Positions 1-13,145 are shown, counted from the whole stretch's first letter. The stretch is 63,210 bases of DNA, filler included, from Choristocarpus tenellus KU-1152 (GCA_964200185.2; 13 parts of 13 records of this genome joined end to end with filler, not necessarily neighbours in it); one strand, 5' to 3'. Made by a program: numbers and translations. The notes: generated from the letters alone by a model not told the origin.

Positions 1-40
1 CCAAATGGATGCGGTCCTACCCTCTAAGATACTTTGGCTC
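1..40 (-). mobile_element. MITE family A, terminal fragment at contig start
   Basis: ccaaatggatgcggtcctaccctctaagatactttggctc matches the end of full copies such as 56453-56711. Confidence 0.9.
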
Positions 41-288
41 CTTTGAAATACCTTGGTACTCACAAGGGAACATCAGTAATCTACCTGCAATTGATTTTCA
101 CCTACCCCAGCTCTTGCCATGCTTACTACTTGTGCAGATATACCGAGGCATGTACCCAGTTACCCAAACAAAGGTCTCAAATTGCATTTTGAGTTAGCCC
201 TCGGTCAAACAGTAGAGGTTGAGAGGAGGCCGTCCTGAACACAAGGAGTACTAATCTGTCACCCGTTACAATTTCTGTATTACCTTAG

Positions 289-1860
289 GTGCTCCCAGAG
301 GGGACAGATACTGCATGTCATTTTGTGCATAACAAAGAAGAGATTGCCACTGACAAAGAGGCCGTCATGAACACAGGCAATGACTCAAAAGAGGGCTTTG
401 ACCCTGCAGATTGCAACAGACATGGGCAGGAGAGTCCTTATGCTATGCCCACCTGCAATGTTCTGGACCCTCCTAATAATGGATCCGAGCTCCCTCCTGT
501 GCTGACACCTCAGACTCCTCTGAAGGGTGAAGATACATTTCTTCCCCCTGAGGCCAATATTTACCTTGTTCTTGGGCGGCTGTTTAAGCTGCATCCGGAT
601 TTCGATAATGCTGTGATGAGTATCCTTGAGGAGGATATCAATGGCCGAGTAGTGGTGATCCATGAGAAACAAGAGGGGGAATGGACTAGGGCCATTTGGG
701 AAAGACTTCAAAAGAAACTTACCCCAAAAGGTGAGGAGCATTTCCAATCATTTTCGTTTAATATTTGCACGGTGCAATAGACGCCTTCCACCAAGGGGGT
801 TAGTTAGTACCTTTTTGCCTGTTTCTGTCAATTTCTCCATTTGACACCCATTGATACAAAGAGAGGCAGACGACAATACATCATTATAGGCATCATGGAG
901 AAAAGGACATTCTCCAACCTCGAAAAACTACCCCTGAAAGTAGGTCATAAATATGTGTGCACTTCGGGGTTGCTTAACTGTGAGAAGAATCCTCTTGATC
1001 CATCCATCCAATTCCTGTGTCTGGTTTACAGAGTAGAAGGCAAGTCTAATGGTGTCTGGTGTTCCCCTGGTGACATAACACTGTTGTTTCACTTTCCTGA
1101 TGCCAGGCCTTCAAGGGAGATTCAAGATCATCCACCACTGGAATTACCCAAAGATATTGCGCCGTGCCAGTGCAATTCTTGATACTTTCCCCTATGGAGG
1201 CTGTCTAACTGTCCTTGAGGTAACTTCAAGTGCACAGGGCGACTACTTATTATTTGTTCCCCGGTTAATAGAGATTATGAGGTCACTATACTCTATGCTA
1301 GCGGTGAAAAGGTTGTTTACCTCAATTCTAGATCGCTTCCCTTTGACAGGCGTGCCAAATCAATAGAGAGTTCAACATATGCAGATACACCCAGAGTTGC
1401 TGGAAAGCAGGTCAGGGGCAGGAGAAGAGCTGGGCTTGTGCCAGTAAAGTTACCAACAACTGGTGGTGACGAGGGCAATTGACAAGAGGTTGTACATATT
1501 TGAAACCAGATTAGAGATGACAAAGAAGCAGGTGATCATGGATCGGTTACATATTACAATAGCATGTTTCGGACTTTATTACTGTCATTATTTGGCATGA
1601 ACATAAGTCGAACAAGGCACCTTCATTTGTACAGAAGAGACAAAAAATCTCCCCCAGATGTTTTAGCCCAATGCATTACAGTTCTAGACGTGAAATATGA
1701 TGCCCTTTTTTCTGTGATCTCGAATTTCCTTCTCTTTTCCCAGGCACTGTCTAATGAGGTGCCCGTGGTCACTCTTCCAAGTGATCTTGTACGTGGCCGA
1801 TTTGCTCTTGCCATATACCACCAGATGGGATATACAGACCTGGTTGCTAGCGATGTCGAG
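289..1860 (+). CDS. Glycosyltransferase family 41 (O-GlcNAc transferase/SPINDLY-like) C-terminal catalytic region, partial multi-exon gene
   Basis: Exons 289-730, 1107-1219 and 1744-1860 have AG/GT boundaries and splice in frame. They give LGRLFKLHPDFD...LDTFPYGGCLTVLE|ALSNEVPVVTLPSDLVRGRFALAIYHQMG, the GT41 'LDTFPY-G--T--EAL--GVPVVTL' signature. The 5' end is outside the contig and the last exon was not located. Confidence 0.85.
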
Positions 1861-3761
1861 GTACAGTGTCTAGAACATGTCCTGAGATCCTTACCCAGGG
1901 TGATCAAGCCATGCCTGCTATATCTGCTGCTGATTGCAATCAACAGATAATGCCGTAATTTTACAAGCAATCATATCAGATTCGAAGGGCAAAGCTTTGA
2001 GTCGATTGAATGCCCAAGTGATGCTTTCAGGGGCCATTCCAGGTTCCATTTTTATGTCATCCATTGGCCTAAATGTGCCAATTTTGGAATGTATTCAACA
2101 ACCTTATCCCTAGCTGGTGCAAATAGGTAAACTTCTAGATAATGAACTTCAGTCACGCTAAAGAAAGGTTTTTGTAAGATTGGCCCATTGGTGTATTGAA
2201 TTTTTTTGCTACAGTCAGTTTTGACACTCGATTCCTTTGTTTTACTCTACCATGGTGTAGTAGGTTCTCTTACGTCCTTAAAACATTAACATCTTACAGA
2301 GGGAGAGGTGGGATATGTGCTGAGAACAACCACTCCCATATTATCCAGTGTTCTTTTCTGAAGCACTTTTTTTAAAATCTCAGTAATTGTCTCATGGTGA
2401 TCCAGAATGTGTACGGAAGAGTCCAAAGTGTCACAAATGAGCCACAAGAGATACATTGATCCAACATTTACATCTATTCCATCCCATCCTGAAAAGGAAT
2501 AAATAAGGCCTACAGAAGTATACGTTTTAGGATGTAAATCATCACCATACCCACCAATCAAAGTGTTCATTTCTTTGTATTGACCCCCCAGTAAGAATCC
2601 AGTACTGTTTCAAGTTACAATGGGTTTTCCTATTACTCATTCTTTAGTCACACTCTTTTGTGTATTATTTCTTGTATAAGATCTTGTATTTCTCAAGCTG
2701 TGTGCACTGCTTTTGTCTGGCTACGTTTCAACCACGGGTTTGGGACCCTTGTAACAAATTTGATTTTTTTTAAATACCTGTAAAAATCACCTCACAGTCA
2801 AGCAACACACTTCCACTTTCAAACCGCTTACCCTCAGCAAATTGCACAATTGGTTATGGTTCTAAACACCTGTTTGTACTGCTCTCGCTTTACTCTAACT
2901 CACAGCGCTATGTCGCCCTAGCAGTGAGGCTAGGGACTGACCAACATTTCCAGAGCCAAGCAAGGGATGCTGTGCGTGCCGGGTATGCCCACCACCTGCA
3001 CCGCAATAATGATAGCGCAATTGAATGGGCGAAGTTTTTCAGGCGTGCTCTTCTTGTGGCTGGTTATGAGGACATTAGTCGAGACATTCATTGAGACAAC
3101 CCGTATGAAGGGTTATGAAATGAAAAACGTGGTTAACAATAATACTCCGGTACCAACTAGAGTTGACCAGGAAATACGTTTTTCAATTCATTGATACCCA
3201 AGAGCTAAAGCATGTGTCTGGGCTGCATGTGTCTTCTGTGGGAGGAGTTCTGTTGAATCTACAAGATGTTCAGAGTGCACTCGCAAAACAAAGTCAATTG
3301 TGGATTGTACAATATCCACAGACAAAATGCGTGTGATATACAATCACAAAGCTGTCATAAAGTTAATTTTGAATCTGGAGCTATAGTTACATGGTTAGAA
3401 CAAGTAATAGAGATTGAGTACCTGCTCTGTTTATTGGATCTTGATCTTCTCTTTCTTGTTAGGTTTATCTTCCATCGCACTTTCAACAACTGTTAGAAAA
3501 AATGACAAGTCTTCCATGTAAATGTTGTAAAGTGGTGATAGATTATTCCCCTATAGAAAGCTGCCCCATTTGCATCATAAATTGTGTTAAGCAAAGGCAC
3601 AACCAGATCATAAGCAATGGTAAAGATCTTATCTGGGGAAGAGGCTGAGACCTTGAAAACCCCAAAGAAGGGTTTCTAAGGAGACAACAGTATAGAACAT
3701 GGGTTTCAATCTTCCCTTTCCCCCTTAGCCCACACACTGTACTGCGCACAGTAGTAGTAGA

Positions 3762-3803
3762 GAGCCAAAGTATCTTAGAGGGTAGGGCCACGTCCACTTG
3801 GGG
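3762..3803 (+). mobile_element. MITE family A, terminal fragment at contig end
   Basis: gagccaaagtatcttagagggtagggccacgtccacttgggg runs into the spacer. Confidence 0.9.
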
Positions 3804-3903
3804 NNNNNNNNNNNNNNNNNNNNNNNNNNNNNNNNNNNNNNNNNNNNTTAATTAATTAANNNNNNNNNNNNNNNNNNNNNNNNNNNNNNNNNNNNNNNNN
3901 NNN
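3804..3903. other. Artificial contig spacer N44-TTAATTAATTAA-N44 (first of 12)
   Basis: The same 100-bp spacer, with stops in all six frames, also occurs at 12609-12708, 18241-18340, 23777-23876, 26992-27091, 30991-31090, 41129-41228, 44863-44962, 48883-48982, 51617-51716, 57815-57914 and 60578-60677. Confidence 0.99.
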
Positions 3904-3972
3904 CACAAAAATCGCGACATGAAAAAATTCGCCCTAAATGGACAGCCACCTCCCCCCCGGATACTTTGAGCC
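3904..3972 (-). mobile_element. MITE family B (G-run TIR), fragment at contig start
   Basis: The reverse complement ggctcaaagtatccgggggggaggtggctgtccatttagggc...catgtcgcgattttt matches 48678-48852. Confidence 0.85.
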
Positions 3973-4407
3973 TCAAGCAAAGAATCAGAACATAAATTTG
4001 AATGCCATCTTTAACATGAAAAATGTCTCGTCCTACCCAAAATGTATACATGTCCTGATCTCTCAGTGCATCGCGGTTCAAACAAGGTTATTAGAGCTGC
4101 CGGCAGAACAAAAGGGGGACCATCTGTAGGATACTTGGAAAAACTCCTTAACCCAAGACCCTTACAGTCAGAAAAGATGCTTACAGAAGAGTTTGAATTG
4201 TGTTTTCAAGTGTCCAACAGTCTGTATCAAAACTACACCACCAGAGGATCACTGTCGAGGGATGCCCTCAAGTTTCCATGGCCTCCAAACAGAAATGAAA
4301 GCCCAAACATTATAAAGGTGAAGAACTGCAACAGGTAGGGTATATATTTCAAGTCAAACAAAACAACTACCAAGTGTGTATCAATGTTAATGACAGGATC
4401 TCATCAC

Positions 4408-5682
4408 CTGCTGGGATGACACCAGGAAGCTCGTCACCTTCCCGTGCAAAAGTTATGCGAGTCCCGTCCTTCCATCCCGGTTTGATGGCAATGCTCTTGT
4501 CCACCTGAGCATCAGCTCCTAACGCAGTCTGAACACAATAGTAGAAAAGGGGAGAGAAAAGTTTCAGTTATGGCGATAGCGAAAAGAGCAGAGCACAACA
4601 ACAGTACAAGATGTAAATTGTCTGCAACAAGAAAAATTAAGGACAGAATCAAATGTCCAACATGACATCAGGGAAGGAAAGATATACAGTATGACACCAC
4701 ATCAGCACATGCGTGTACTAGCACCATCGCAACCTTTTTTGTAATGCGCATCCTTTTAGTTGAGCCGGTATAGAGCTCCTCCAGAGAGAGGTTGAGTACG
4801 TGTTCCACTGACGGCGCCTGCCGTGTTATCCCTGTCCTCATACCTCCCGTACCCCGCCCACCTCCCATGTTTCCCATCATGCCCATCATTCCCCCCAATC
4901 CTCCCATGCCCCCGACAAAAGGGGAATCACCGAAAACTCCACCTAAACACGATATGTTGAGGGAAGGGCGTCAGTTTCATCATACAGCTTAAGCAATAAA
5001 AGCTTCAGTATATTAAGTGTGACAAGACTGATTCGATTCATGCATGGTATACATCAATAACACCTCTAAAATTTAAAGAAATTATATGATGTCCTCACCT
5101 CCACTCATGGCTTCATCCACATCCATAGTGCCGAACATCGAATGAAACAAGTCTAACGGGTCGCTACTGTGGAATGTTGTCCCTCCTGTAGTTTGGAAAC
5201 CTGCGAAACCAGGGAAGCCAGAAAAACCTCCTGGTGCACCTGGTGCAGAGTCGTCTGCACCACCACCTAACCCGGCCTCGCCGAACTGGTCGTAAGCACG
5301 CCTCTTGGCAGGGTCACTCAAAACCTGATCAACAAAAAAATAGTAATCAACAGCAGTTTCTTGAGCATTGTGACAGTGTGTACTCTGGTGGAAGCGGACC
5401 TCGGCACCCTTCACAGCTCACCTCAAATGCCTCCGATATTTCCTGAAATTTCTTCGGCGCATCTTCCTGGGATTGGAAGCACGCGGGGCACAAAGTTAGA
5501 GATGTGATAAATACAAACAGAACGACCTAGGAGAAGCGTCGAGAAGATTGTGCAGCCCTGGTCCCTACCGCTTTGTTCTTGTCCGGGTGCCACTTGAGCG
5601 CAGCCTTTCGGTAAGCTTTTTTAATTGCGGTTTCATCGGCTTTACGATCAACGCCGAGTGCCTTGTAGTAGTCCTTGCCCAT
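4408..5682 (-). CDS. Class II Hsp40/J-domain co-chaperone (DNAJB1/4/Sis1-like), 3' end missing
   Basis: Exons 5682-5569, 5466-5422, 5324-5099, 4942-4734 and 4528-4408 are all GT-AG. They encode [11 protein letters not shown]...WHPDKNK (HPD motif), a G/F- and G/M-rich linker, [19 protein letters not shown] and [19 protein letters not shown]. Confidence 0.95.
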
Positions 5683-5941
5683 GATATCGCTCGTGTTTGT
5701 GGATATCGATGGTGAATTGTTGTTTGTGTTTGATAGAGGAGATGGTTTGAAAAAGGCTACAAAGAAAAACGGCTTCTAGAACTTCAACATTGCCTACGAT
5801 ACTTTTATGAACTTCTAGAGTAAAATACCATCTTACTACTTCTACTTTGCAATATTATATATATATAATAGTACTCTATCCAAGTTAAGGTTAGAGGACT
5901 ACAACCCTTGTTGTTCACTACTGTGTTGTAACTCCCTGTCT

Positions 5942-6481
5942 TCAATCCTTCGTAGGGAAGTGCAGGATGTTCATGCAGCTCAGGTCTCTCTCCCGGAAGG
6001 GGCAATCAGATTCTCTTCTTCGAGTGGCACAGGCTTGTGAATCCTTTGTTGCGGGCTTTGATAGGGGAGAGGTAGCAGCTATTAGCAGCTGCCTTATCTC
6101 ACGGGAAAAAGCAAAGTCCATTGCCGAAGGAGAGGGGAGAGTAAGCCAAGAAACGCGAGATCTTCTCCGACCGGTGAGGCGCGAGGTTGCCGGTGGGATA
6201 CTGCGGGAAAAGTATTTCGAGCCTCCTCTAATCCATGAATGTCCTTTTGATTTTGTGGGATTTTCAGATCGTAGAACTACTGGCGGATTGGCTATATCAC
6301 TTGCTGAGCTCATGTAGGTTCTTACTTGCTGATAAATTTGATAGGATCGTGCCGTATATATGCTAAGGCCACCGTGCACGTCCTTCGAGCTTGCCCGGAA
6401 TATGGTCAGGGTGGTGGAGGGGTTATCGTGGATGACTGAGAAGGGTTGTTGAAATTTACTTGTTCGGATGATGCTTTCCAT
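5942..6481 (-). CDS. Possible hypothetical protein (179 aa ORF)
   Basis: A long ORF in GC-richer DNA between two genes, with an overlapping 116-aa ORF on the other strand. No domain recognised. Confidence 0.25.
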   Translation of the reverse strand: MESIIRTSKFQQPFSVIHDNPSTTLTIFRASSKDVHGGLSIYTARSYQIYQQVRTYMSSASDIANPPVVLRSENPTKSKGHSWIRGGSKYFSRSIPPATSRLTGRRRSRVSWLTLPSPSAMDFAFSREIRQLLIAATSPLSKPATKDSQACATRRRESDCPFRERDLSCMNILHFPTKD

Positions 6482-6923
6482 ACATGCCGTTTGCGTTCGT
6501 GTGATCTTTTTGTTGGGGCTGTGTCAAATCGTCGGAATCGGGTGAAGTGTAGTCGTGAACGACACAGGAAAGAGTCCACAGGGACTCAAATTTGAGGCAA
6601 GACTTGCCTCTCTGGAAAGAAACATAGGGTCTAAGTCGCCTTCATTTTCCGTGTGGCATTTTCGTAGATGTTGGACTAAGTAGTTTATACTTGCAAAGAA
6701 CTAAGCTAGTTATATCTATGGTGGTTATCTACCTTTGTTTGCCTGTGTCACCCTGATGTTTCCACCTTTGTCTCATTGCTTTGTTCCTGCCTAGGATGCT
6801 GTAAGTGGGCACTTCTTCTTACCATTGTTATACGGCTGCTCGAGGATAAACGTTTCTGTGTAATTCTCGCTTCAGCGCTGGTTTGCTTCTGCAGATGGCA
6901 TGCTTTTAATGTACCAATTTTAG

Positions 6924-8381
6924 TTGAGAACTTTCCGGTCTGGTCTAGAAAGAGCGTCACCTTAGCACTACAGGAGCAGGACGTAATCCAGGTTGATCCT
7001 CTCCCTGAGAACCAATTAACAGGAGATTGGAGTAAGGGAGACACTGTATGAGGTGATACTTTGCACAGATAAGAGTGCAGGGACTGGAGCAACTGCCATC
7101 TTACTCAATGTCTGCTCAAATCTCATCTCATTACCGCACTTCCTTGCCTATTGAATAGGTTGAGAGTGTGGTGGCGGGACGTCGTGCTCGGCCCAGCCTT
7201 CTCCTTCCACTGTGGCGATCTTGTGGATATGTCCTTGGCTCTGGGGCGACAGCTCTACTTCCGGTCGAAACACTATTCAAGACTAGAAGATTGATGCTTG
7301 GTGCTGTTACAAATCAGTACGACGAAAATATCCGCACAATGCTTACAAACAAGATGGACGATGCCGATGCTGAGGTGAGTGATGAATTGCAAAGATAAAA
7401 CTGATGGTTCACTGAGCATAACAACGAGCAAACTATATGTTTCCTCATAGGTTGCTTGAATGACGGTCTAACTATTTATAGCTTCCAGTTTCTCCTGTGG
7501 TGATAAACAACACATCAGTAAGACCAGGCGATGCTGTTGTATAGTGCATGTAGACGGCTCTTGTCGGCTGTGGCATCCAATTTACTGTATCACTGATAGT
7601 ATGACTTCCGCTGACAAAGCACCTGCTTTTCAATTGTCATGATTTTCTTCACTTTTTTTAGTGATGTGTTGGTTTCTTCAAGGCAAAGCAGTACCTCTTT
7701 TGGATTCACCACTCTATCTTTCATGATCTACAAATGCCTGATGAGGCCTTGGTCAAAATGTGCCATTGCCGAGAACGGGATGTATACCCCTGGAAATCTG
7801 AGGAAGAAGATTCTTGCAGGATTAGATGAGAGTACTAATAGGCTGGGACCATCCGCACTTCAATGCACAAATCATAGTTTAGATATTTTCAGTAGTGGAC
7901 TTGAAGACATACTCTCGAGAGGTTACCTCGATACGATATTTGTTAGGTGTGGTAGGGTACCTACTGGAACAACTTAGTCAGGTATAGTGTAACTCCAAAG
8001 GTAACGACATAGTGTGATTGATACCAGGACCGTTCAAAGGGCTTGGAATTGTGGGACAGAGAATCCGACACAAGAGTTGCCCAGTTGGTTTTTGAGGTAA
8101 GTTTCCCCCACTCTTGATTGCATCTTGTTCGTTTTGGGGTTTTTTGTGAATGAGTAGGGGGACTACTTTATGGTCGTCACAGGCAACATTTGCAATGTAA
8201 AAGAAAGCCTTCGTATCTCAACTCTAATCCTGGACGCTCAACTCAGGTCAAAGAGCTTTTCAAGGAAAACAGGGACGATCCATCCCGTTCAAAATTCGCA
8301 TCAGGGGTGGATGGTAAATTGGCGACAGGAGCACTGCACTCCACAATGCGATTGGCATGTTCTGTGACTGCTAAGGTTTAG
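6924..8381 (+). CDS. COQ7-like (demethoxyubiquinone hydroxylase fold) divergent homologue; pseudoenzyme or pseudogene
   Basis: Exon 7159-7374 (RRARPSLLLPLWRSCGYVLGSGATALL...QYDENIRTM) and exon 8247-8381 (VKELFKENRDD...RLACSVTAKV*) join in phase 0. They follow the COQ7 pattern RVRPT-L-PLW--GF-LG-GTALL...HYN-QIR...FRDE...I--SER. The 5' exon structure is ambiguous. Confidence 0.7.
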
Positions 8382-9599
8382 AGCTCAGTGATAAAAAATA
8401 ATGCCACCAAATATGTCAGAGAAGTTAAGGGTAAGTGACCGCTGGGCCACGCCCTTGCTGCCCTGACCTTTCACTGTATGCTTTTCTGAGATATCGAAGT
8501 CTGTAGCAGATATGCATCAGGTCTCTGACCTGTTTAGTGCTCTTTTTCAAACATCCCCAGTTTTCTGGACCTCCTATGCACAAGTTTGTAGTCGTGGGGT
8601 ATTTTTTAAACACGCAAACATACACATACACTTACACTTATACTTACACATAAATCGACTTTTAATGTGATTTCGGTTCACTCACTTCAAGGCACTTAAT
8701 AAACACAAACTTGTGCATGACATAAAGATGAATAAAAAGTCTAAGTGCATTAGTGCTTTGATATGAGGAGGTTCAACTGGAGACACTGTTGAGTTATGAA
8801 GAGTAGGCTTGTACCTCAACACACCCTGTAAAGTCAAGCACAGAAAATATCAATATACTTCAAAATGTCATATCAAAATGCATTCGACACATCAACCAGT
8901 GTGTAATGAGCAATGAGCCAGTCAGTATATGTGCAGTATACCAGCACCATTTCATTCCAAACAAAATGAACTGCATCTAAGCAGGCAATAGAATCAGGGG
9001 GTTCAAGTTACAATCATATATTATTACAATGTACATGCCATTCATTGATTGCATAATCAGAGTACTGTAAGGGTTTTCTGAATGTCGTGGAGACTGGAAA
9101 ACCAATGTGAAGCCCATAGCGCACTTATCTCCCAGCAAGAAAACGACATCCATGTTAGTTGTTCATTTGCTCTCCACACTGGAACACAAAAAAATGATAT
9201 CCAGCAGGCACAAGTTTCCTATTTAGTTCCGAGTATCATATATTGGTACAGTTATTCCTATATTGGATTGCCCCCTGAAGTTCAACATTGATCTAAAGCA
9301 ATCCCTTTCCATGCACCACAGCCCCCCCTACCCCTCCATCCCCATTCCCTCACATACAAACAGAACAAACTTGAAACACCCAGACCAACCAGGCAATACA
9401 GCCGTTTACCGCCTTCACTACACACATTCACCATACAGGACACATTTGTCCTACTCGTTTATGTGCCATAAGTTTAACCCCCTCCCCCTAATTAAAAAAA
9501 AAGAAAAGCATCTAGGAAAACCCTAACCCTAAGCGGATATCACACACAAAAGAATATAAAGAAACAGGCATGACAGTTTGGTGCCAACATGTGTATAAA

Positions 9600-11300
9600 A
9601 CAGGTATTGCTCGAATTTTGGAGAGAAGGATTAAGGGGAAGGACTGGAGACCTTCAAACCTCCACATCTTGCTCTACCTTTTCCTAACCTCTGACCCCAG
9701 ACAATTCCACCTCCCTTTCCAGTTCCTCGATTCTTGCACTGTATGCAGACTGCATCCTTCTGTACTCTTTCTCAAGTGAATTTCCATTAACAAGGCTTCT
9801 ACTTGAAGTGAAGAGCTCACTCAGCCATACTGTAGAATTGTCGTAACACATTAGCCGCTCCAGAAGGAGATAAGTCTCAACATCTTTTCACCCAGACATT
9901 CCTCCCCCCTACATAATGAGAGAAAAACTCTCAAAATAGGAGGCCTTCTCAAGGCCTGAATACTCCCTCTGGGCATACTTCGGAGACTGACTCTAAATCC
10001 ACTTTTTAGTGCCCCAGCCAAAATCGACTGAAGTAGTGGGTGCAACCAACATTCAGCGCCATAGATAACTTCAGAGTGGACATCGGACCTTGCATCACTT
10101 CTTTAGGCAGTATGCAAAGTGTCACAAAAAGCAGGACCCTACTACATAGGCCCAAGTAGATGTTCTATCCCCTGCTAATGGAGCAGTTTTCAACCCACGA
10201 AGAAATACAGGAAAACAACAAAAAACCCCAAGAGGTATCTACCACATTGTGGTATTGATTGTGTTCCCATGTACGGTAGCATTGCTCCCAATCAAGAACG
10301 TCAATAAACAGAAGGCAAACACATCATCGTGGCAATGCTAGCAAGCACACAGGCCCTACTCTCTCCTATCATAGCCTCACCTCTCACTTCAATTAAGCCT
10401 GGGTTCAACCAGGTTACCCTACTAAACTCATAGGAAGTCTTCATGAAACTGTCCCCTTCTCCTCGAGAAGGTGAAAGTGTTAAGCTTGGCCTGCCCAAGG
10501 CATGAGGAAAGTGTGCCTATCCTAGTCAGACGGTGGTACTCAAACGGCTCCTGTAGAATCAGAAGGAGGATCAGCACAGTGAGGGTATTGATGAGTAGGG
10601 GGTGGGGGGAGAGGAGATAAGCCTAGGGACAATGGATGAGGGGCACATTTGGGGGGGGGGGGGGGGAGAGAGGGAATGTGAATGAGAAATAGTTCAGAGC
10701 AAGAATCGTTCACACCCAGCACAGTTGCACCTCTCCCCTCTCCATATTATCAAAGTAGCTGGTAAAATTCAAAAACTCTTCAACAGCAGAGAGTGCAACT
10801 CGGTGTGTTTTGTGTAAGTACACCCCCTCCCTCCCCACAAGCATCACACACCTGCCACAATCGAAATTCACTCACATCATCTTCCTCAAAGTCACTCTGC
10901 CTTGGTTTAATGCAACATGCTTCCCATCCCGACAACTTAGCACCAGCAATGTCCACATCATAATCTGTCCCAACGTGAAGGGCCTGAGAGGCAAATGAAT
11001 AGTGTAACGGGGGGGGATATTCGGGTCATGATGATTGGAAAAAATCTATTCACGCGAGGATCCAATTGCAATTGAATTTTCCCATTGGGTTGCATCTTTG
11101 GGTGTATCCATTTACCTTACAGTGAGACAGCTTGAACTTCCAATTGCATAGTAAAACCATCTGGAAGCAATCAGTGCTAGAACACAAGGTTATCTCCCAA
11201 AAAAAGCCCAGGCATCTTTCACCAACCTACCAAAAACATCACTGACTCATTGGTAAACCCTAAACCCCTCCCCCCTCGTTACACAGAAGATAAGCATCAC
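9600..11300 (-). mobile_element. Highly decayed non-LTR (LINE-like) retrotransposon relic
   Basis: Minus-strand remnants include VIYGAECW (~10040-10070, the LINE post-RT 'LLYG-E-W' motif) and a NWIL motif (~11050-11075). Many stops; boundaries approximate. Confidence 0.45.
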
Positions 11301-12434
11301 CTCAGATGGATCAGCTAGCCCTGCAGTCTGGAGAGCAATATCGAAACACTGCCCAGCTGGCAACTGGCAACCGATCTGTCAGGAATGAGGAATAGATGAA
11401 AAATGAGGAGGCCAGACGGGCACAGGGGTAGAGGGATTGTGTGAGGGGGATGCCAAGGGGGGAAAACAGGACCACAGTCCAATGAACAGGCCTCTACATC
11501 CGGTGAGTCCACAGACCAGACTGCAGAACAAGCTCACAACCATTTAGTACAGTACATCTTAGTCAAGGATACAACAGTAGTTGGGCCTAATCTGTAATGC
11601 TGAACATGAGCAGTAAGGAACATCACTGCCCAACCACCCCAAAATAGTACCTGGTACTCAACAATGCCTGGACCAGCCCCATCAACCAGACCATTCATCC
11701 CATCCCAGGTTTTAACTGGTCTGCAGTTGGGACCAAACCTTTCTCAACCCTACTATAGTAATCAGTCCAAGGACAGAATCAGGTCTTCTACAAAGCATAG
11801 CAACCAGAACTAGACAGTTCAGCACAGTAGCAATCACCTGCAGTCAGGACCAGACTATAGAACCCACAAACCGGCGCTCTTCACAAACCTTACTGAACCA
11901 ACATCAGAACCAAACCTTCCAAAGCTGATGATCCATTGAAGAGCCGAGAAAATGAACTGAAAAGATTCCGCAGACAATACTACTTGACCAAGGAAAAATA
12001 AGACACAATGTAAGGAGGGAAGAGGATGAGGGCCAAGATAGTCACAACACAACACGAGCAAAGAACCACCAAGCCCATCCATGCATGACCCACCCTTCTT
12101 ACACTCTCTGGACTCCATCACTGAAGACATATTTTAAAAAGCAACAAAATATTTTACCGCAAGATCCACCTGTTCAGTACCTCTCCCACCCCCCCTCATC
12201 ACTTAAGACCATCGCCCCATGTGTCCCGTCTCTCCCTGCAGTACATAGGTTCCAGCTTGATAACACAAGTATCTAACACAGCGCTATTGCTGCACCCCTT
12301 CTAAAATCTACCTGTGACAAATTCCCAACTCCAATTACCGCCGCCTAAGAACAAAATTGAATTGGGTCTATCCCATCCTTGAGAAGGCACGCTTCGATTC
12401 ATCCCTAAGCCCATAGACTCAGCAACACATACAA

Positions 12435-12608
12435 GGCTCAAAGTATCTAGGGGGGGGAGGAGTGACTGTCCATTCAGGGCCCATTTTTCCATATCGCGAT
12501 TTTTGGGTATTTGGTTGGATGCGTCGGATGAATAATGTAAGCACAATTCTCCGGGGAAGGACCCGAATGGACACCCTAGCGTAGACTCCCTAGCGTAGAC
12601 TCCCCCCC
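12435..12608 (+). mobile_element. MITE family B, nearly complete, truncated at contig end
   Basis: ggctcaaagtatctagggggggg...ctgtccattcagggcccatttttccatatcgcgattttt...cccgaatggacaccctagcgtagactccc is colinear with 48678-48852. Confidence 0.9.
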
Positions 12609-12708
12609 NNNNNNNNNNNNNNNNNNNNNNNNNNNNNNNNNNNNNNNNNNNNTTAATTAATTAANNNNNNNNNNNNNNNNNNNNNNNNNNNNNNNNNNNN
12701 NNNNNNNN

Positions 12709-12754
12709 GGGTGAAAAATGGACGCCGATACCCCCCCCCCAGATACTTTGACCC
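12709..12754 (+). mobile_element. MITE family C, terminal fragment at contig start
   Basis: gggtgaaaaatggacgccga-C run-agatactttgaccc matches the right end of 26799-26975. Confidence 0.85.
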
Positions 12755-13145
12755 TCTTTAGAAACTGTGCGTGGAAGTTCTCTTATCTAGTACAAAGACT
12801 GGGAAAACAAAACAGGGTTTTAGAAACCCCTAAATTGATAGGCCTGCTGATATATTAACCTTTCGCTTGAAAAGTGCTGGTGATATTAATGATATTCAGT
12901 GTACAGCCAATCACATCAGAGTAATACACAAAAGTTAAACACCGGTACTGACAGTGTTGCTAGTTCTACGCTCCCATCCTGTTCAGGATTGGAGTGCAAA
13001 AGAGAAACTGGAAGGAGTAAGGAATAACAGTCACTTCATCATACCTCAAACTGAAAGGGTGGTGTTTGTTTGTGAAATTTTTGTAACTGGACCACTGAGA
13101 ACAGTATTCTCATAACTATAAAGAATAAAAAGTGGAGCTGCTAAC

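Noticed and set aside
3804-3903. Recurring TTAATTAATTAA palindrome flanked by N runs
   Set aside because: It is an identical 100-bp artificial joiner with six-frame stops; ORFs crossing it and gene neighbourhoods across it are meaningless.
6924-7052. TAA/TAG reassignment suggested by a COQ7-like frame with three in-frame stops
   Set aside because: The EF-G, DnaJ and GT41 exons contain no in-frame TAR codons, and the COQ7-like gene ends at TAG. Frameshifts or a wrong exon model are simpler explanations.
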